A stretch of 53,941 nucleotides of DNA from Octopus sinensis (taxonomy: Eukaryota), in assembly GCF_006345805.1 (NCBI RefSeq), contig NW_021835271.1:1-53941 (forward strand), written 5' to 3'. Positions 1 to 13,539 of the stretch are shown one piece after another. The notes under the pieces are model-generated. The model was not told the DNA's origin, ran no database searches, and saw only the letters and a list, made by a program, of their open reading frames with translations. Position 1 is the stretch's first letter, and the number at the start of each line of letters is the position of its first letter. Both the position numbers and the translations under genes were made by a program.

Positions 1-861
1 CGTCGATGTACAACTGTTGGCCGCTCAACAAACACGTGCCAGCCCACCCAATTCCCCTGACTTACTCCTTTACACGGATGACTCGACTAGTGAAGGCACA
101 ACCAACGGCGGCGCCGGTGTGGTGGTGCGGACACACGATGCGGTGGTCCATGAGTGGAACGCCCCGACTGGTGCTCACAGCAGCTCATTCGACTCCGAGA
201 GAGCAGCATTTAACGAAGCCCTCCGGTGGCTACTGACCTATGACAACTGGGCCTCCGCAGCTATAGTTTGCGATTGCAAATCATTGGTTGAAGCGGTAAA
301 CAACCCGTTCCCCGCAGACCCGACAATTAGAGAAGGGCAACAAACAGCAGCCCTAGTAGCAGCTGGCAAGATTTTCACGGTGATCTGGGTGCCGGGCCAT
401 TGCAACCTCTGCGGCAATGAACTCGCTGATATGCAGGCGAAACGTGGCTCGACGCTGCCAGAACCGGATGCCGCCATCGATACAGCCAGGCGATTATTCG
501 TCGAACGTTCCAGCCAACGCCAATTCAACAGCCCCGTCTGAAGGAAGTCTTCCCAAAGAAGCCGGATGAAAGAACCGAAGCAGCCTTCTCGAAGGCAGAC
601 CTCACAGACATGATATGCTTCTGTAGTGGTCGTCATCATCCGGCAGTCAGGCGGTGACAAAAGATCGCAGGACGCAGCGACACAGATCACTGCAGACTCT
701 GTAACAAGGAGGTGGAATCTGTAGAACATCTCTGGCTGAGATGTCCGACCCTGATGGTGGAACGCTATATCCGCCAACTAGGAGCTACAATGGATGCGAT
801 GATTCGTCTGCCTTCCGCGTCTCTAGCGCTCCTGAGAGTTATCCTCAGGCGCTTGAGATGA
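1..861 (+). mobile_element. 3' end of an I-group non-LTR retrotransposon (RNase H + CCHC finger), decayed
   Basis: ORF 17-541 has RNase HI motifs YTD(D)S, GAGVV, SFDSE..A, CDCKS and WVPGH..GNELAD..AK. After a frameshift, frame 1 reads CSGRHH...CRLCNKEVESVEHLWLRCP (C-x2-C-x7-H-x4-C, 691-744) and stops at 859-861, followed by a CAA tail. Confidence 0.85.
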
Positions 862-926
862 CAAACAACAACAACGACGACGATGACGACGATGACGACA
901 ACGATGACGACGACGACGACGACGAC

Positions 927-964
<38 letters not shown>

Positions 965-978
965 GGATGATGATGATA
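862..978 (+). repeat. (CAA)n/(GAC)n/(GAT)n microsatellite at the LINE tail
   Basis: Directly visible, starting right after the LINE stop codon. Confidence 0.9.
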
Positions 979-1451
979 TACGCGTAACGAGACTTCCAAG
1001 ATCTTCTATACTCATCGTTCGTAGAATGTGTGTGGGTGACCGTTTCTGTTACTCATCCCCGCAATTCTCGACGTCCTCGCCCTCCCTCACCAGCATCATA
1101 GAATCAGGATTAGCAGAACCTCGAGTCCGGCTACCAAACCGGTTTAAGGAACGCTTTTGCATATTCAGTGAACCAAACTAAGGGAGAAATCTACATTCCC
1201 GCTTTCCAGTGTCAATTATTTCTGCTAAAGGCAGAAAGCCTGAAATTTGTAGGGAAGCGTCAGTCGATTGCATCGGCCTAATTGCACGACTAGTCATTAT
1301 TTCATTGTCGTCGTCGTCATTATCATCATCATCATCATCATCATCATTGTCATGTCGACCTTACCATTCATAAAAAAGTTTAAAAGCTGGGAAGTTGTTT
1401 GTCATTTATTTCCCGGATGAGATTTGCTGTAAATTCTTTTCTATTCTAGAC

Positions 1452-1960
1452 ACGAGGCCCGAAATTTTGGGGAGGTGGCGGCCAGTCGATTAGATCGACC
1501 CCAGTACGCAACGAAAAGATGAGAGGCAAAGTCAACCTCGGCGGAATTTGAACTCAGGACGTAAAGACAGACAAAATACCTATTTCTTTACTACCCACAA
1601 GGGACTAAACAGAGAGAGGACAAACAAGGACAGATAAACACATTAAGTCAATTATATCGACCCCAGTGCGTAACTGGTACTTATTTAATCGACCCCGAAA
1701 TGATGAAAGGCAAAGTCGACCTCGACGGAATTTGAACTCAGACGAAATACCTTAACAGAGAAAGGATAAACAAGGACAGAAAAACACATTAAGTCGATTA
1801 TATCGACCCCAGTGCGGAACTGGTACTTATTTAATCGACCCCTAAAGGATGAAAGACAAAGTCGACCTCGACGGAATATGAACTCAGAACGTAACGGCAG
1901 ACGAAATACTGCTACGCATTTCGCCCGGCGTGCTAACGTTTCTGCCAGCTCGCCGCCTTA
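1452..1960 (-). mobile_element. tRNA-derived SINE family A, trimeric arrangement
   Basis: Three copies of the cgacccc...ggatgaaaggcaaagtcgacctc.gcggaatttgaactcag core. The tRNA-like head (ggcgagctggcagaaacgttagcacgccgggcgaaa) is at the right end. Confidence 0.85.
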
Positions 1961-2328
1961 TAGAGATTTCCTGGAAACTGACATGGTCCCATGGTAGGAA
2001 TGACAAACGAGGTTTATTTAGCAAAATATCTTTGAGTTGAGAACTAAAAATAAATCGACTGAGAATGTTTGTGCATTATCCGTCCTTAGAGATCGCCTCC
2101 TGGATAAGCCAATTGACTGAAACACCTGCTGTCATGAATACCTACGCATAGATGTGGATGCATGTGTATGTGTCGTGAACACACACATACACACGCACTC
2201 ACTCATGTATATATACGTGTGTATGTATCTATCTATTACTCTCTCTCACTATATTTTTATATTCTTGGAATATTGTTGTGCCACTCTGTCTCTTTCCTTC
2301 CCTGTACATTACTTCACTGCATTTCCTT

Positions 2329-2363
<35 letters not shown>

Positions 2364-2587
2364 ATGTTACCCTCCTCCTACTATCACATGACCAGTGACG
2401 ACCTAAAGCGGTGCCATTTTTTTCCGCGTTGCCTTCGACCGGACTGATCACAATTTTCTGAGTTCCTCACTCTACCCCTCCGTATCTATAGCCAATTAGG
2501 ATAGTTTTCATTTCTCCTTCGTGTTACCCACTTTTGTCTTTCTCTGCAGCCCCAAGACATTTCCTGTTGTTGAATATGTATTATTAT

Positions 2588-2620
<33 letters not shown>

Positions 2621-3029
2621 GTTGTTGTTGTTGATGATGTTGCTGATGTTGTTAATTGTTGTCTTCGTCTGGCCCTAAGCCATTATTCTGTTTAATGTTT
2701 TGTCCCTCTTCCGTCAACTGACGGTCTCGTCTCGGGTCCGTCTCTTTTTGTTATGTTTTGCTCCCCTTTCCCGGCAAGTTTCTTCCCAGTGCCTCCAGAG
2801 CGAAAGCAATATTATCGATAATGGCCAAAATTATGTTCGACCTTCTGGCCGATAACTGATGAGCATTGTAGTTCGCTTGAAGCATTGTAATATCGAAGAA
2901 AGGAGCTGCTCAAAACAGTTCCACTTCAGGTGGAAAGCCCATCTTCAAAAGAAAAACAATCTGGGAAATGTCTAGTTTACACCAATATTTGGAGAGTGAC
3001 CGCTATGTGTAAAGACGCAAGAATGGATG

Positions 3030-3176
3030 TGTGTTAAGTAGCTTGCTTCCCAACCACATGGTTACGAGTTCAGTCCCACTGCGTAGTACCTTGAGCAAGT
3101 GTCTTCTGCTATATCCTCGGTCCGACCAAAGCCTTGTGAATGGATTTAGTTGGCGGTAAGTGAAAGAAAGCCGTCG

Positions 3177-3209
<33 letters not shown>

Positions 3210-3260
3210 GTGTGTGTGCGTATGTGTGTGTGTCTGTGTGTATGTATATGTATGTATGCA
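3030..3260 (+). mobile_element. tRNA-derived SINE family B (5' half)
   Basis: agcttgcttcccaaccacatggtt...gttcagtccc...gtgtcttctgctata...ccgaccaaagccttgtg, shared with 7050, 13540, 33965 and 53298. Confidence 0.8.
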
Positions 3261-3489
3261 TGTGTGTGTGTGTGTTCGTACCTGCTGGATCATATATCTA
3301 TGAGCGTTTCATTGTGTTTGACTGTTCGCAAGAGCCCCACGCCCCGCCATCACACATGGACTCCAACGATACACTGAGCAATAAGAATTCTTCAACTACA
3401 AACAACGAATGCACACACGCACATACACATTCACACACACACACCGCAAATCTACATTTCTGCTAATCACAACAATTTCATAACATCTT

Positions 3490-3644
3490 CTGTTTCCCTT
3501 ATTTACATTATTTACATTTGACAGATATTTGTCATCATTTTGTTTGTTGTTAACACAACGTTTCGGCTGATATACGTCCAAGCCTTCATCGGGTGTCTTG
3601 GGGAAATTTTGAACGTAGGTTCTCATTCCTAGGGTATATTTCGA

Positions 3645-3645
<1 letters not shown>
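3490..3645 (-). mobile_element. Solo PLE terminal-repeat fragment
   Basis: Highly similar to 50340-50475, which lies downstream of the PLE ORF. Contains a hammerhead motif. Confidence 0.75.
3552..3597 (-). ncRNA. Minimal type I hammerhead ribozyme motif (U4 to C variant)
   Basis: Minus strand reads GACAC-CCGAUGA-A-GGCU..AGCC-GAA-ACGU-U-GUGUU: stem I GACAC/GUGUU, palindromic stem III ACGU, triplet GUU. Confidence 0.7.
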
Positions 3646-3680
<35 letters not shown>

Positions 3681-3682
3681 TA

Positions 3683-3724
<42 letters not shown>

Positions 3725-3737
3725 CATTTTTATTATA

Positions 3738-3773
<36 letters not shown>

Positions 3774-3893
3774 TTATTATTATTATTATTATTATTATAA
3801 TTATTACTATATTATTATATATTATTACTATTATATTATATTATATTATTTTATTATTATTATTATTATTATTATTTTATCATTTTTATTATA

Positions 3894-3929
<36 letters not shown>
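3646..3929. repeat. (TAT)n microsatellite
   Basis: Directly visible. Confidence 0.95.
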
Positions 3930-4487
3930 GAGTGAGAGAGCAGTGCATGCCATCAAAGTGACACTGGGGTAAAATATACGAAGCCCAGTATACCCATCAT
4001 GACTACCCATCTGATAAGGGTACACCAGGCACATGCATCACAACTGTATGTGGGTGACATGGTGACCTCATATCAAGATAAACAGTACATGACCTTGCAG
4101 GTGGGGCCCAGTTAGAATTTTCTTCTGGTCGAGTAACCCATCCCGCTCAAAAGGTTCCTGAATAAGAGCTGTTTAAGGATGTTGAACGAAACACCCATGT
4201 TTCCAGAGGTGAATTATTAAAACTCCAAAAAATCCCTCTCAACACATAGCTATGATGCTCCCCCACTACTTCTGCTCGTGATCAGAGATGCACATATCGT
4301 CAGCCACTAAGGGACATGCTCAACTGGTTAAGGTCAAACAACTGACCAGCAAATCTGTGGTATTGAGCAGAATATTTGCTGTAGCCCATCTTTTATACCA
4401 AGACAAAACAATGTACATGATAACACTTCCAGTCAGTTAAGATCATCAGCCATGAAAGCCACTGCCTGGTACTGCATCAAAGCATTT
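3930..4487 (+). mobile_element. ~558-bp TAA-embedded element, copy 1
   Basis: Runs gagtgagagagcagtgc...gcatcaaagcattt, flanked by (ATT)n. Six copies in the window, no TIRs. The strand label is arbitrary. Confidence 0.85.
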
Positions 4488-4500
4488 ATTATTATTATTA

Positions 4501-4596
<96 letters not shown>

Positions 4597-4612
4597 TAAT
4601 AATAATAATAAT

Positions 4613-5170
4613 AAATGCCCTGATGGCAGTACCAGGCAGTGGCTCTCATGGCTTCTGATCTTAATGATTGGAGTGTTATCCTGTACATTGTTTTGTCTTG
4701 GTATAAAAGATGGGCTACAGCAAATATTCTGCTCAATACCATAGATTTGCTTGTCAGTTGTTTGACCTTAACCAGTTGAGCATGTCCCTTAGTGGCTGAC
4801 GATATGTGCATCTCTGATCACGAGCAGAAGTAGTAGTGGGGGAGCATCATAGCCATGTGTTGAGAGGATTCTTTGGGGTTTGAATAATTCACTCTGGAAA
4901 CATGGGTGTTTCGTTCATCGTCCTTAAACAACCCTTATTCAGGGACCTTTTGAGCGGGATGGGTTACTCGATCAAAAGAAAATTCTAATTGGGCCCCACC
5001 TGCAAGGTCATGTGCTGTTTATCTTGATATGAGATCACCATGTCGCGCACATATGGTGTGGATGCATGTGCCTGTGTACCCTTATCAGACGGGTAGTCAT
5101 GATGGGTATAACTGGGCTTCGTATATTTTACCCCAGTGTCACTTTGATGGCATGCTCTGCTCGCTCACTC
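4613..5170 (-). mobile_element. ~558-bp TAA-embedded element, copy 2 (inverted relative to copy 1)
   Basis: Runs aaatgccctgatg...gctcgctcactc, flanked by (AAT)n. Confidence 0.85.
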
Positions 5171-5201
<31 letters not shown>

Positions 5202-5221
5202 TATAATAATATAATAATAAT

Positions 5222-5780
5222 AAATGATCTGATGCAGTACCAGGCAGTGGCTCTCATGGCTTCTGATCTTAACTGATTTGAAGTGTCATCATGTAACATT
5301 TGTTTTGTCTTGGTATATAAAGATGGGCTACAGCAAATATTCTGCTCAATACCATAGATTTGCTTGTCAGTTGTTGACCTTAACCAGTTGAGCATGTCCT
5401 TAGTGGCTGACGATATGTGCATCTCTGATCACGAGCAGAAGTAGAGTAGTGGGGGAGCATCATAGCCATGTGTTGAGAGGGATTCTTTGGGGTTTGAATA
5501 ATTCACCTCTGGAAACATAGGTGGTTCTTTCAACATCCTTAAACAACCTTATTCAGGGACCTTTTGAGCGGGATGGGCTACTCAACCTGAAGAAAATTCT
5601 AACTGGGCCCCCACTGCAAGGTCAGTGCTGTTTATCTTGATATGAGATCACCATGACGCGCACATATGGTTGTGATGCATGTGCATGGTGTACCCTTATC
5701 AACTGGTAGTCATGATGGGTATATGGGCTTCGTATATTTTACCCCAGTGTCACTTTGATGGCGTGCACTGCTCTCTCACA
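5222..5780 (-). mobile_element. ~558-bp TAA-embedded element, copy 3
   Basis: Tandem with copy 2, separated by (AAT)n. Confidence 0.85.
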
Positions 5781-5784
5781 CATG

Positions 5785-5844
<60 letters not shown>

Positions 5845-6074
5845 TACAACAACAACAACACTATGATAAAAATAGCAATAGTAATAATAATGTATTTTGA
5901 TTGAGGTACATGGCTAGTACCAAGGCTATAATATTCGGAACCAGAAAGGTACTTATCTTTCCTTTCTTATTTTAGTCAATGAAGTGCAGCAATATTAGGG
6001 ATCCACCCTGAATGGTTTTAATCGAACACATTGACGCCAGTAATTACCGTTGAAAGTATACTTGTGACAATATT

Positions 6075-6410
6075 TATTTTGTCGGTTTCTTTTACCGGAC
6101 TGCTAAGATACGTAGACGTAAACAAACCAACACCGTTGTCTAGCGGTGTTGGCATACAAACGCAAACACCCTCATTTACAAACACCCACACAAACACACA
6201 CACGCGCGCGCATACACGCGCACACACACACACTCACACACACAGACACGACAGGCTTTTCTCAGTATCCGTCTAACAAATCCACTCACAAGGTTATGGT
6301 CGGCCTGGGGCTACTGTAAAAACACTTAGCCAAGGTGCCACGCTGTGGGATTGAATCCGGATAATTGTGATCGGAAAGCAAACTTCTTAGCACTCAGCCA
6401 TGGCTGCGCC
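6075..6410 (-). mobile_element. SINE family B
   Basis: Reverse complement of the family B head and body (aaatccactcacaagg...ggtcggcc...ccaaggtgccacgc). Confidence 0.7.
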
Positions 6411-7049
6411 GACTCGTAGATACTCCGAACATAACTCGGAATTGTGTTAGAGGTTCTTTTTCTGTACCGTATGATTTCTATTCAAGCAATGATTAACGGC
6501 AGCTGTTAACATTCATAGGAAAATTAATTTTCTCACCCAAGGACTCTCAAAGAACAAATTAAAATTAATTACAAATTTGGTTTAAGATGAAATGACAACA
6601 GTCATGGCAGACAGGTGTAAAACCGGGGCAAAGACAACAAAAACCGAGCAAGGTTTTTCGCAGTAAGGTCATAAATTTTCTGAGAAGCTCTTAGTTGTCA
6701 TTACTTTCGAAACGTCACTAAACAGCCATCATCATAAATCATCTGAGTGCGTTTGTATATGTGTATATACAGGTGTGTATGTGTGTAGATATAGATATAT
6801 ATAAATACACACACACACACAAACACACACGTATTTATAAGTGTTTGTATGTATGCATGATTTGGAAATGTATGTATACATGTGTGTATGCGTGTTTTCA
6901 CCTGTGTATATACGTATTCCTATATTTAATGCTATTGTCACCTTCTCCTTGACTTAAAAGTTTCATTTCTCAGGAAAAGCTTTGATAATCATCAGACATT
7001 ATCTCGTCATTACAAAGGTTTACTGCTTTTACAGGGCAGGGACAAAATA

Positions 7050-7580
7050 ATGGCGTAGCTGTGTGGCAAGAAGCTTGCTTCTCAACCACATGGTTTAGAG
7101 TTCAGTGTCAATGCGTGGCACCTTCGACAAGTGTCCTCTACTATAGTCTCAGACCGACCAAAATCTTGTGAAACATCACACACACACACACATATATATA
7201 TGTATATATATATATATATTATATTATATATATATATATATATATAATATATATATATATATACACATACATATGTATGTGTGTAGTTGTGTGTTTTTGT
7301 TTGTCCCCCATCATCTTTTACGATCCCGTAAATTAGCGATTCAGCGAAGAAACCGATAGAATAAGTATGTATGTCTTTGTGGTTGTTTTTGTCCCCCAGG
7401 ACCACCATCGCTTGACAACCTGTGTTGGTGTGCTTACGCCCCCGTAATATAGCAGTTTGGCGTAAGAGAACGATAGTGTAAGTACCAGATTTAAAAAACT
7501 TGTTCGATGAAAACGGTTCAAAGCAGTGCACCAGCATGGCCGCAGTAGAAGGACGGAAACAGGTAAAAGATAAAAGAATC
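7050..7580 (+). mobile_element. SINE family B, near full length with internal microsatellite
   Basis: Head gcgtagctgtgtggcaagaagcttgc and tail ccagcatggccgcagt...gtaaaagataaaaga. Confidence 0.8.
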
Positions 7581-7627
7581 CATGTTTACCGTCAGTTATT
7601 ATAATTAGGCTATGAGATAAAAAAAAA

Positions 7628-7815
7628 AGGCCCGAAATCCTTGGGAAGGGGTCCAGTCGATTAGATTGACTCCAGTACGTAACTGGTACTTACGTTATCG
7701 ACCCTGAAAGGATGAAAGGCAAAGTTGACCTCGGCGTAATTTGAACTCAGAACATGAAGATAGATGAAGTACCACTAGGCATTTCGCCCGGTTTGTTAAC
7801 GTTTCTGCCAGCTCA
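7628..7815 (-). mobile_element. SINE family A
   Basis: Family A core and head. Confidence 0.8.
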
Positions 7816-8184
7816 GGCCATGATAAAGAATGACAGATGTCTGTAAGCGAAGAGAATAAATCCTCGAGATAACAAAATCCACAGATCATAGGGCGTTACG
7901 AACGGTTGGTTTTCTACATTAAATTCATCTTTATCACACACACTTACACACATACGTGTGTGTGTGTGGGTGTGTGTGTATAAGTGTATGTATGTGCGTG
8001 TGTGTGTATGTGAGTGTGTGTAATCCATATCTGTATATATTTATATATAGGTTATATGTATATATATATATATATATATTCAAGCATACATACATATGTA
8101 GAGATATAGATATGTGTGTGTATGTGCGTGTGTTCGCGTGGATATATATGATATATAATATATATATAATATATATATATATAT

Positions 8185-8237
<53 letters not shown>

Positions 8238-8359
8238 CAATGAGTAAATTGTAGCCATTCTATGCCTTTAATTTCACGCATTGTTAGTTTGTGATTTTTT
8301 CAACTACACAGTATTGTAGGGTCATCTGGGCTCAGTGAGATAAACAGCAGCATGATGCA

Positions 8360-9113
8360 AATCTCTCTGCCAGAAATTTGGAAACGACATCCTGCAATGC
8401 TTGGTATTCGTGCCGGAAGCTACAATACAGACATTTCAGAGTGTCTGGGTGGAAATTTGAAGACAGATTTTCCCCGAAACATGTACCGAAAGTGATAAAA
8501 ATGAAACATCCAGTCGACATCATGGCGTTTGGAGTGATCGCAAGTGATGGCGATGTTATGCCTCCATTTATCTTCCCACATGACCTCAGATTCAACACGG
8601 AGGCTTACATCAAGTGCCTGTAAGAGGTAGTGCTACCCTGGGTCAAGAGGGTGGCTACTGGAAAGCCACTTAAGAGGATGGCTACTGGCAACAAAACTCT
8701 GCACCCATACCACACAAGCAGGCGAACCCAGTGAAGGCTGTGAGACAATTTCTGCGCTCACATCATCCCTAACATATGGCCACCTAACTCCCCAGACTGC
8801 AACTCCATCGATTATTATCTGTGGTGTGCATTGAGCGAGAGACCAACAAAACTGCTTGTAAAACCAAAGATGAACTGAAGGCAAGAATTATGGCAGCATT
8901 CTTAAACAAGAAGTCTGTCCAGAAGAGTTGCAGGTGATTCCGAAGTTGTCTGGAGGCCGTGGTTGAAGCCAATGGCGATTTTATTGAATAAATTTACTCT
9001 TTAGTATTTCAAGATAATTTTATGTAATTTTAGTAAATATATCTGTTAAAATGAGATGTGGGTGTTATTTTCACTTTTGCGTAATTTAGACGACAATTTA
9101 TTCACTGCACCCT
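8360..9113 (+). mobile_element. Internally deleted maT/DD37D (IS630-Tc1-mariner) transposon relic
   Basis: Fragments read GVIASDGDVMPPFIFPH and WQQ(N)SAP...WPPNSPDCNSIDYY, with 37 residues between the second and third catalytic positions. A right TIR-like end aatttagacgacaatttattcactgcacccta is present. Stops and frameshifts throughout. Confidence 0.85.
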
Positions 9114-9154
9114 ACAGATATATAGATATAGATATAGTTGTGTGTGTGTGTGTG

Positions 9155-9950
<796 letters not shown>

Positions 9951-10392
9951 ATGATTTATTTATCTCGCAACATTGTTTCTATGCCAGTCGGATAAAAGAT
10001 ACGATATGTTCGAGTGTTGATAGCTGGAAAGAGGTTCAAAATGATTTACAATAGAGTTAAATGATGAGCAAATTGTTATGTTCGCTCTTCTGTTCAATTA
10101 CACTAATTACAATGCCCCGCTTACTAATTAACTAATAAAAGTACTTCTCACTCTCTCTGTTTCTCTCTCTCCCTCTCTCTTTCTCTGATACTCTAATTCC
10201 TTTCGTCACTTCTTATAACGCCCCCACCCGATTTCGATCTCTCCGTTTCCGTTTCACACACACACACACACACCACACACACACACAACACACATACACA
10301 CATACACACATACACACACACATATATTATATGTCTATGTATGCATATATGTACATACGCATATATATATATATGTGTTTGTGGGAGGGGTT

Positions 10393-10437
<45 letters not shown>

Positions 10438-10581
10438 ACGTCTATGTAAATACATAGATGTATATGGGTATGTATGTATATTTGTGTGTGTATTTGTGTG
10501 AGAGTGCTTGCAGAAAAAAATGCCTTCGATGCTGTGAACACCAGTACCATTACTGCTGCTACTACCAACACCACCACGACG

Positions 10582-10624
<43 letters not shown>

Positions 10625-10674
10625 TTAATACTACTACCACCACCACCACCACCACCACCACTACATCTACTACA

Positions 10675-10705
<31 letters not shown>

Positions 10706-10809
10706 ACGACTAGTGTGTTTTATTGACTGTCCTCTTTGAAAGTATCTGGTAATAGACTGAAAAAGCAATCAAGTGTAGCCTAAAGACTGTCTGAATTAGA
10801 ATAGTGTAG

Positions 10810-10974
10810 GGGGGAGAGGGGAAGGGGGATATATTTGAAGAGTGAGTGAGAGAGGGAGGGGTGAATGAGTGAGTGAGTGAGTGAGTGAGTGAGTGAGAGA
10901 CGTTTGAAGGGAGAGGGAAAATGTGAGTGGTAGTGGTTTAGGAGAGAGTGAGTGAGTAAGAGAGTGAATGAATG

Positions 10975-11011
<37 letters not shown>

Positions 11012-11680
11012 AAGTCAGTGGGTGAGGGACCGAGTGTGACTTAGGGGAAGAGAGAAATAGAGAGAGAGAGAGAGAGAGAGGAGGGTATGAGAGAAATGAA
11101 TGAAGAAATGAATGCGAGAACGACTGAACGTGATTTAAGAGTGACTGTGAAAGGGTAAGACTATTAGAGAGAGAGGGGGAGGGGAGAGACAAACAGTGAT
11201 TAAATAGTGAGGGAAAAGATAAGGGATGGGAGAATGAGAGAGAGATAGAGAGAAAATATAGAGTGGGGCTGAGAGTGAGTGAGTGAGTGATGAGACTGGC
11301 AGACGGAGAACATAAAATAGAGAAGGAAAAGATAAAGAACGAGGGAATGAGAAAGAGAGAGAGAGAGAGAAAGAAAGAAAGAAAGAAAGAAAGAGAACTA
11401 CAGAGAGGTTAGTTAAAGTAGAGAGAAAGTGAGAAAGGACTCGAAGGTGAGGAGGAGAGAGAGTGAATAAGAGAGACAGACAGAGGATAAGTAAAGAAGA
11501 GCGAGAGAAAATGATAGAGCGAGAGGGAGAGAGTGAGTGAGAGAGAGATAGAGAGAATAGTGGAAGAAGAGGGAGGGGAAATAATATTGAGAGTGAGAGA
11601 ATGAGTAAGAGAAAGACAAAGAAGCGGAGGAAGATTAAGAAGAAGAAGAAGAAGAGAGAGAGAGAGAGAGAGAAGAGAGT
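10810..11680 (+). repeat. Polypurine (GA/GAGT/GAAA) low-complexity tract
   Basis: Directly visible. Confidence 0.9.
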
Positions 11681-12019
11681 GTCTGGAAGTGATTTACAGC
11701 CGTGTATTGTATTGTCAGAACCAGTAGAGCGTAGAACAATTGTTCGGCTGTATTTGTTCTGGTTCCTTAGGTACAGAGTTCAAATCTTGGTGAGGTCACC
11801 TCAACGACCTCTTTACTTCAACACTACTTTTTACTACGTCCGGCCTATCATTGACTGCAAAGTCTTCAACGCAGCTTTTTGCAGGTCGGCCAGGGAGCAG
11901 ATTGCTCGAAGCTGATACCGTCAACTTGACAATTAACTGACCACAAGCCTCTTTGACACTGATTAATGGCAGAATTGCTAGCACCGTATATATCTATTCC
12001 TGCTTAATGCTATTAAGGG

Positions 12020-12215
12020 GATTAGCTGTCAGAATCGTTAGCACACCGGGCGAAATGCTGAGCCGTATTTTGTCCCTCTTTACGTTCTGAGTTCAAATTC
12101 CACCGAGTTCGACTTTGCCCTTCATCCTTTCAGAGTCAATGAAAATCTAAGTATCAGTCAACTACTGGGACCAATGTAATCGATTAGCCACCTACCTCAA
12201 AATTTCAGGCTTTCT
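12020..12215 (+). mobile_element. SINE family A
   Basis: cagaatcgttagcacaccgggcgaaatgc...gagttcaaattcc...cttcatcctttc. Confidence 0.8.
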
Positions 12216-12256
12216 GTATATGGTATAAAGGATCATTATTATTATTAATATTATTA

Positions 12257-12292
<36 letters not shown>

Positions 12293-12818
12293 ACTGGGGT
12301 TTAATATACGAAGCCCAGTATACCCATCATGACTACCCGTCTGATAAGGGTGCACTAGGCACATGCATCACAACCATATGTGCGCGACATGGTGATCTCA
12401 TATCAAGATAAACAGCACATGACCTTGCAGGTGGGGCCCAGTTACAATTTTCTTCAGGTTGAGTTGCCCATCCCGCTCAAACGGTCCCTGAATAAGGGTT
12501 GTTTAAGGATGTTGAAAAAAACCACCCATGTTTCCAGAGGTGAATTATTCAAACCCCAAAGAATCCCTCTCAACACATGGCTATGATGCTGACCCTCTAC
12601 TTCTGCTCGTGATCAGCGTTGCACATATCGTCAGCCACTAAGGGACATGCTCAACTGGTTAAGGTCAAACAACTGACAAGCAAATCTGTGGTATTGAGCA
12701 GAATATTTTCTATAGCCCGTCTTTTATACCAAGACAAAACAATGTACATGATAACACTTCCAATCAGTTAAGATCAGAAACCATGAGAGCCACTGCCTGG
12801 TACTGCATCAGGGCATTT
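12293..12818 (+). mobile_element. ~558-bp TAA-embedded element, copy 4 (about 33 bp missing at the left end)
   Basis: Same sequence as copy 1 from actggggt onward, flanked by (ATT)n. Confidence 0.85.
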
Positions 12819-12866
12819 ATTATTATTATTATTAGTATTATTATCATTATTATTATTATTATTATT

Positions 12867-13423
12867 GAGTGAGAGAGCAGTGCACGCCATCAAAGTGACA
12901 CTGGGGTAAAATATACGAAGCCCAATATACCCATCATGACTACCCGTCTGATAAAGGTACACCAGCACATGCATCACAACCATATGTGCGCGACATGGGA
13001 TCTCATATCAAGATAAACAGCACATGACCTTGCAGGTGGGGCCCAGTTAGAATTTTCTTCAGGTTGAGTTGCCCATCCGCTCAAAAACGGTCCCTGAATA
13101 AGGGTTGTTAAGGATGTTGAAAAAAAACCACCCATGTTTCCAGAGGTGAATTATTCAAACCCCAAGAATCCCTCTCAACACATGGCTATGATGCTCCCCC
13201 ACTACTTCTGCTCGTGATCAGAGATGCACATATCGTCAGCCACTAAGGGACATGCTCAACTGATTAAGGTCAAGCAACTGACAAGCAAATCTGTGGTATT
13301 GAGCAGAATATTTGCTGTAGCCCATCTTTTATACCAAGACAAAACAACGTACATGATAACACTTCCAATCAGTTAAGATCAGAAGCCATGAGAGCCACTG
13401 CCTGGTACTGCATCAGGGCATTT
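12867..13423 (+). mobile_element. ~558-bp TAA-embedded element, copy 5
   Basis: Tandem with copy 4, flanked by (ATT)n. Confidence 0.85.
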
Positions 13424-13539
13424 TATTATTATTATTATTCAGTAGTTTTATTTTTATAGCGTGCTTTCACTTCACTACCGTATTATTATTATTGTTGTTG
13501 TTGTTGTTGTTGTTGTTAGTGCAGGCAGTGTTAGTGACG

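Noticed and set aside
238-777. 179-aa minus-strand ORF
   Set aside because: Antisense shadow of the GC-rich LINE coding region.
2856-2920. CTGATGAG...GCTCAAAAC hammerhead candidate
   Set aside because: G12 is absent, stem II is out of register and there is no stem I.
6668-6725. TTCGAAACGTC hammerhead half
   Set aside because: The upstream core is CTGAGAA rather than CUGANGA, and no stem I forms.
11690-11990. 62-aa and 104-aa ORFs as host exons
   Set aside because: The region contains a degraded SINE-head-like agagttcaaatc..gaggtcacc, and the proteins are unrecognisable.
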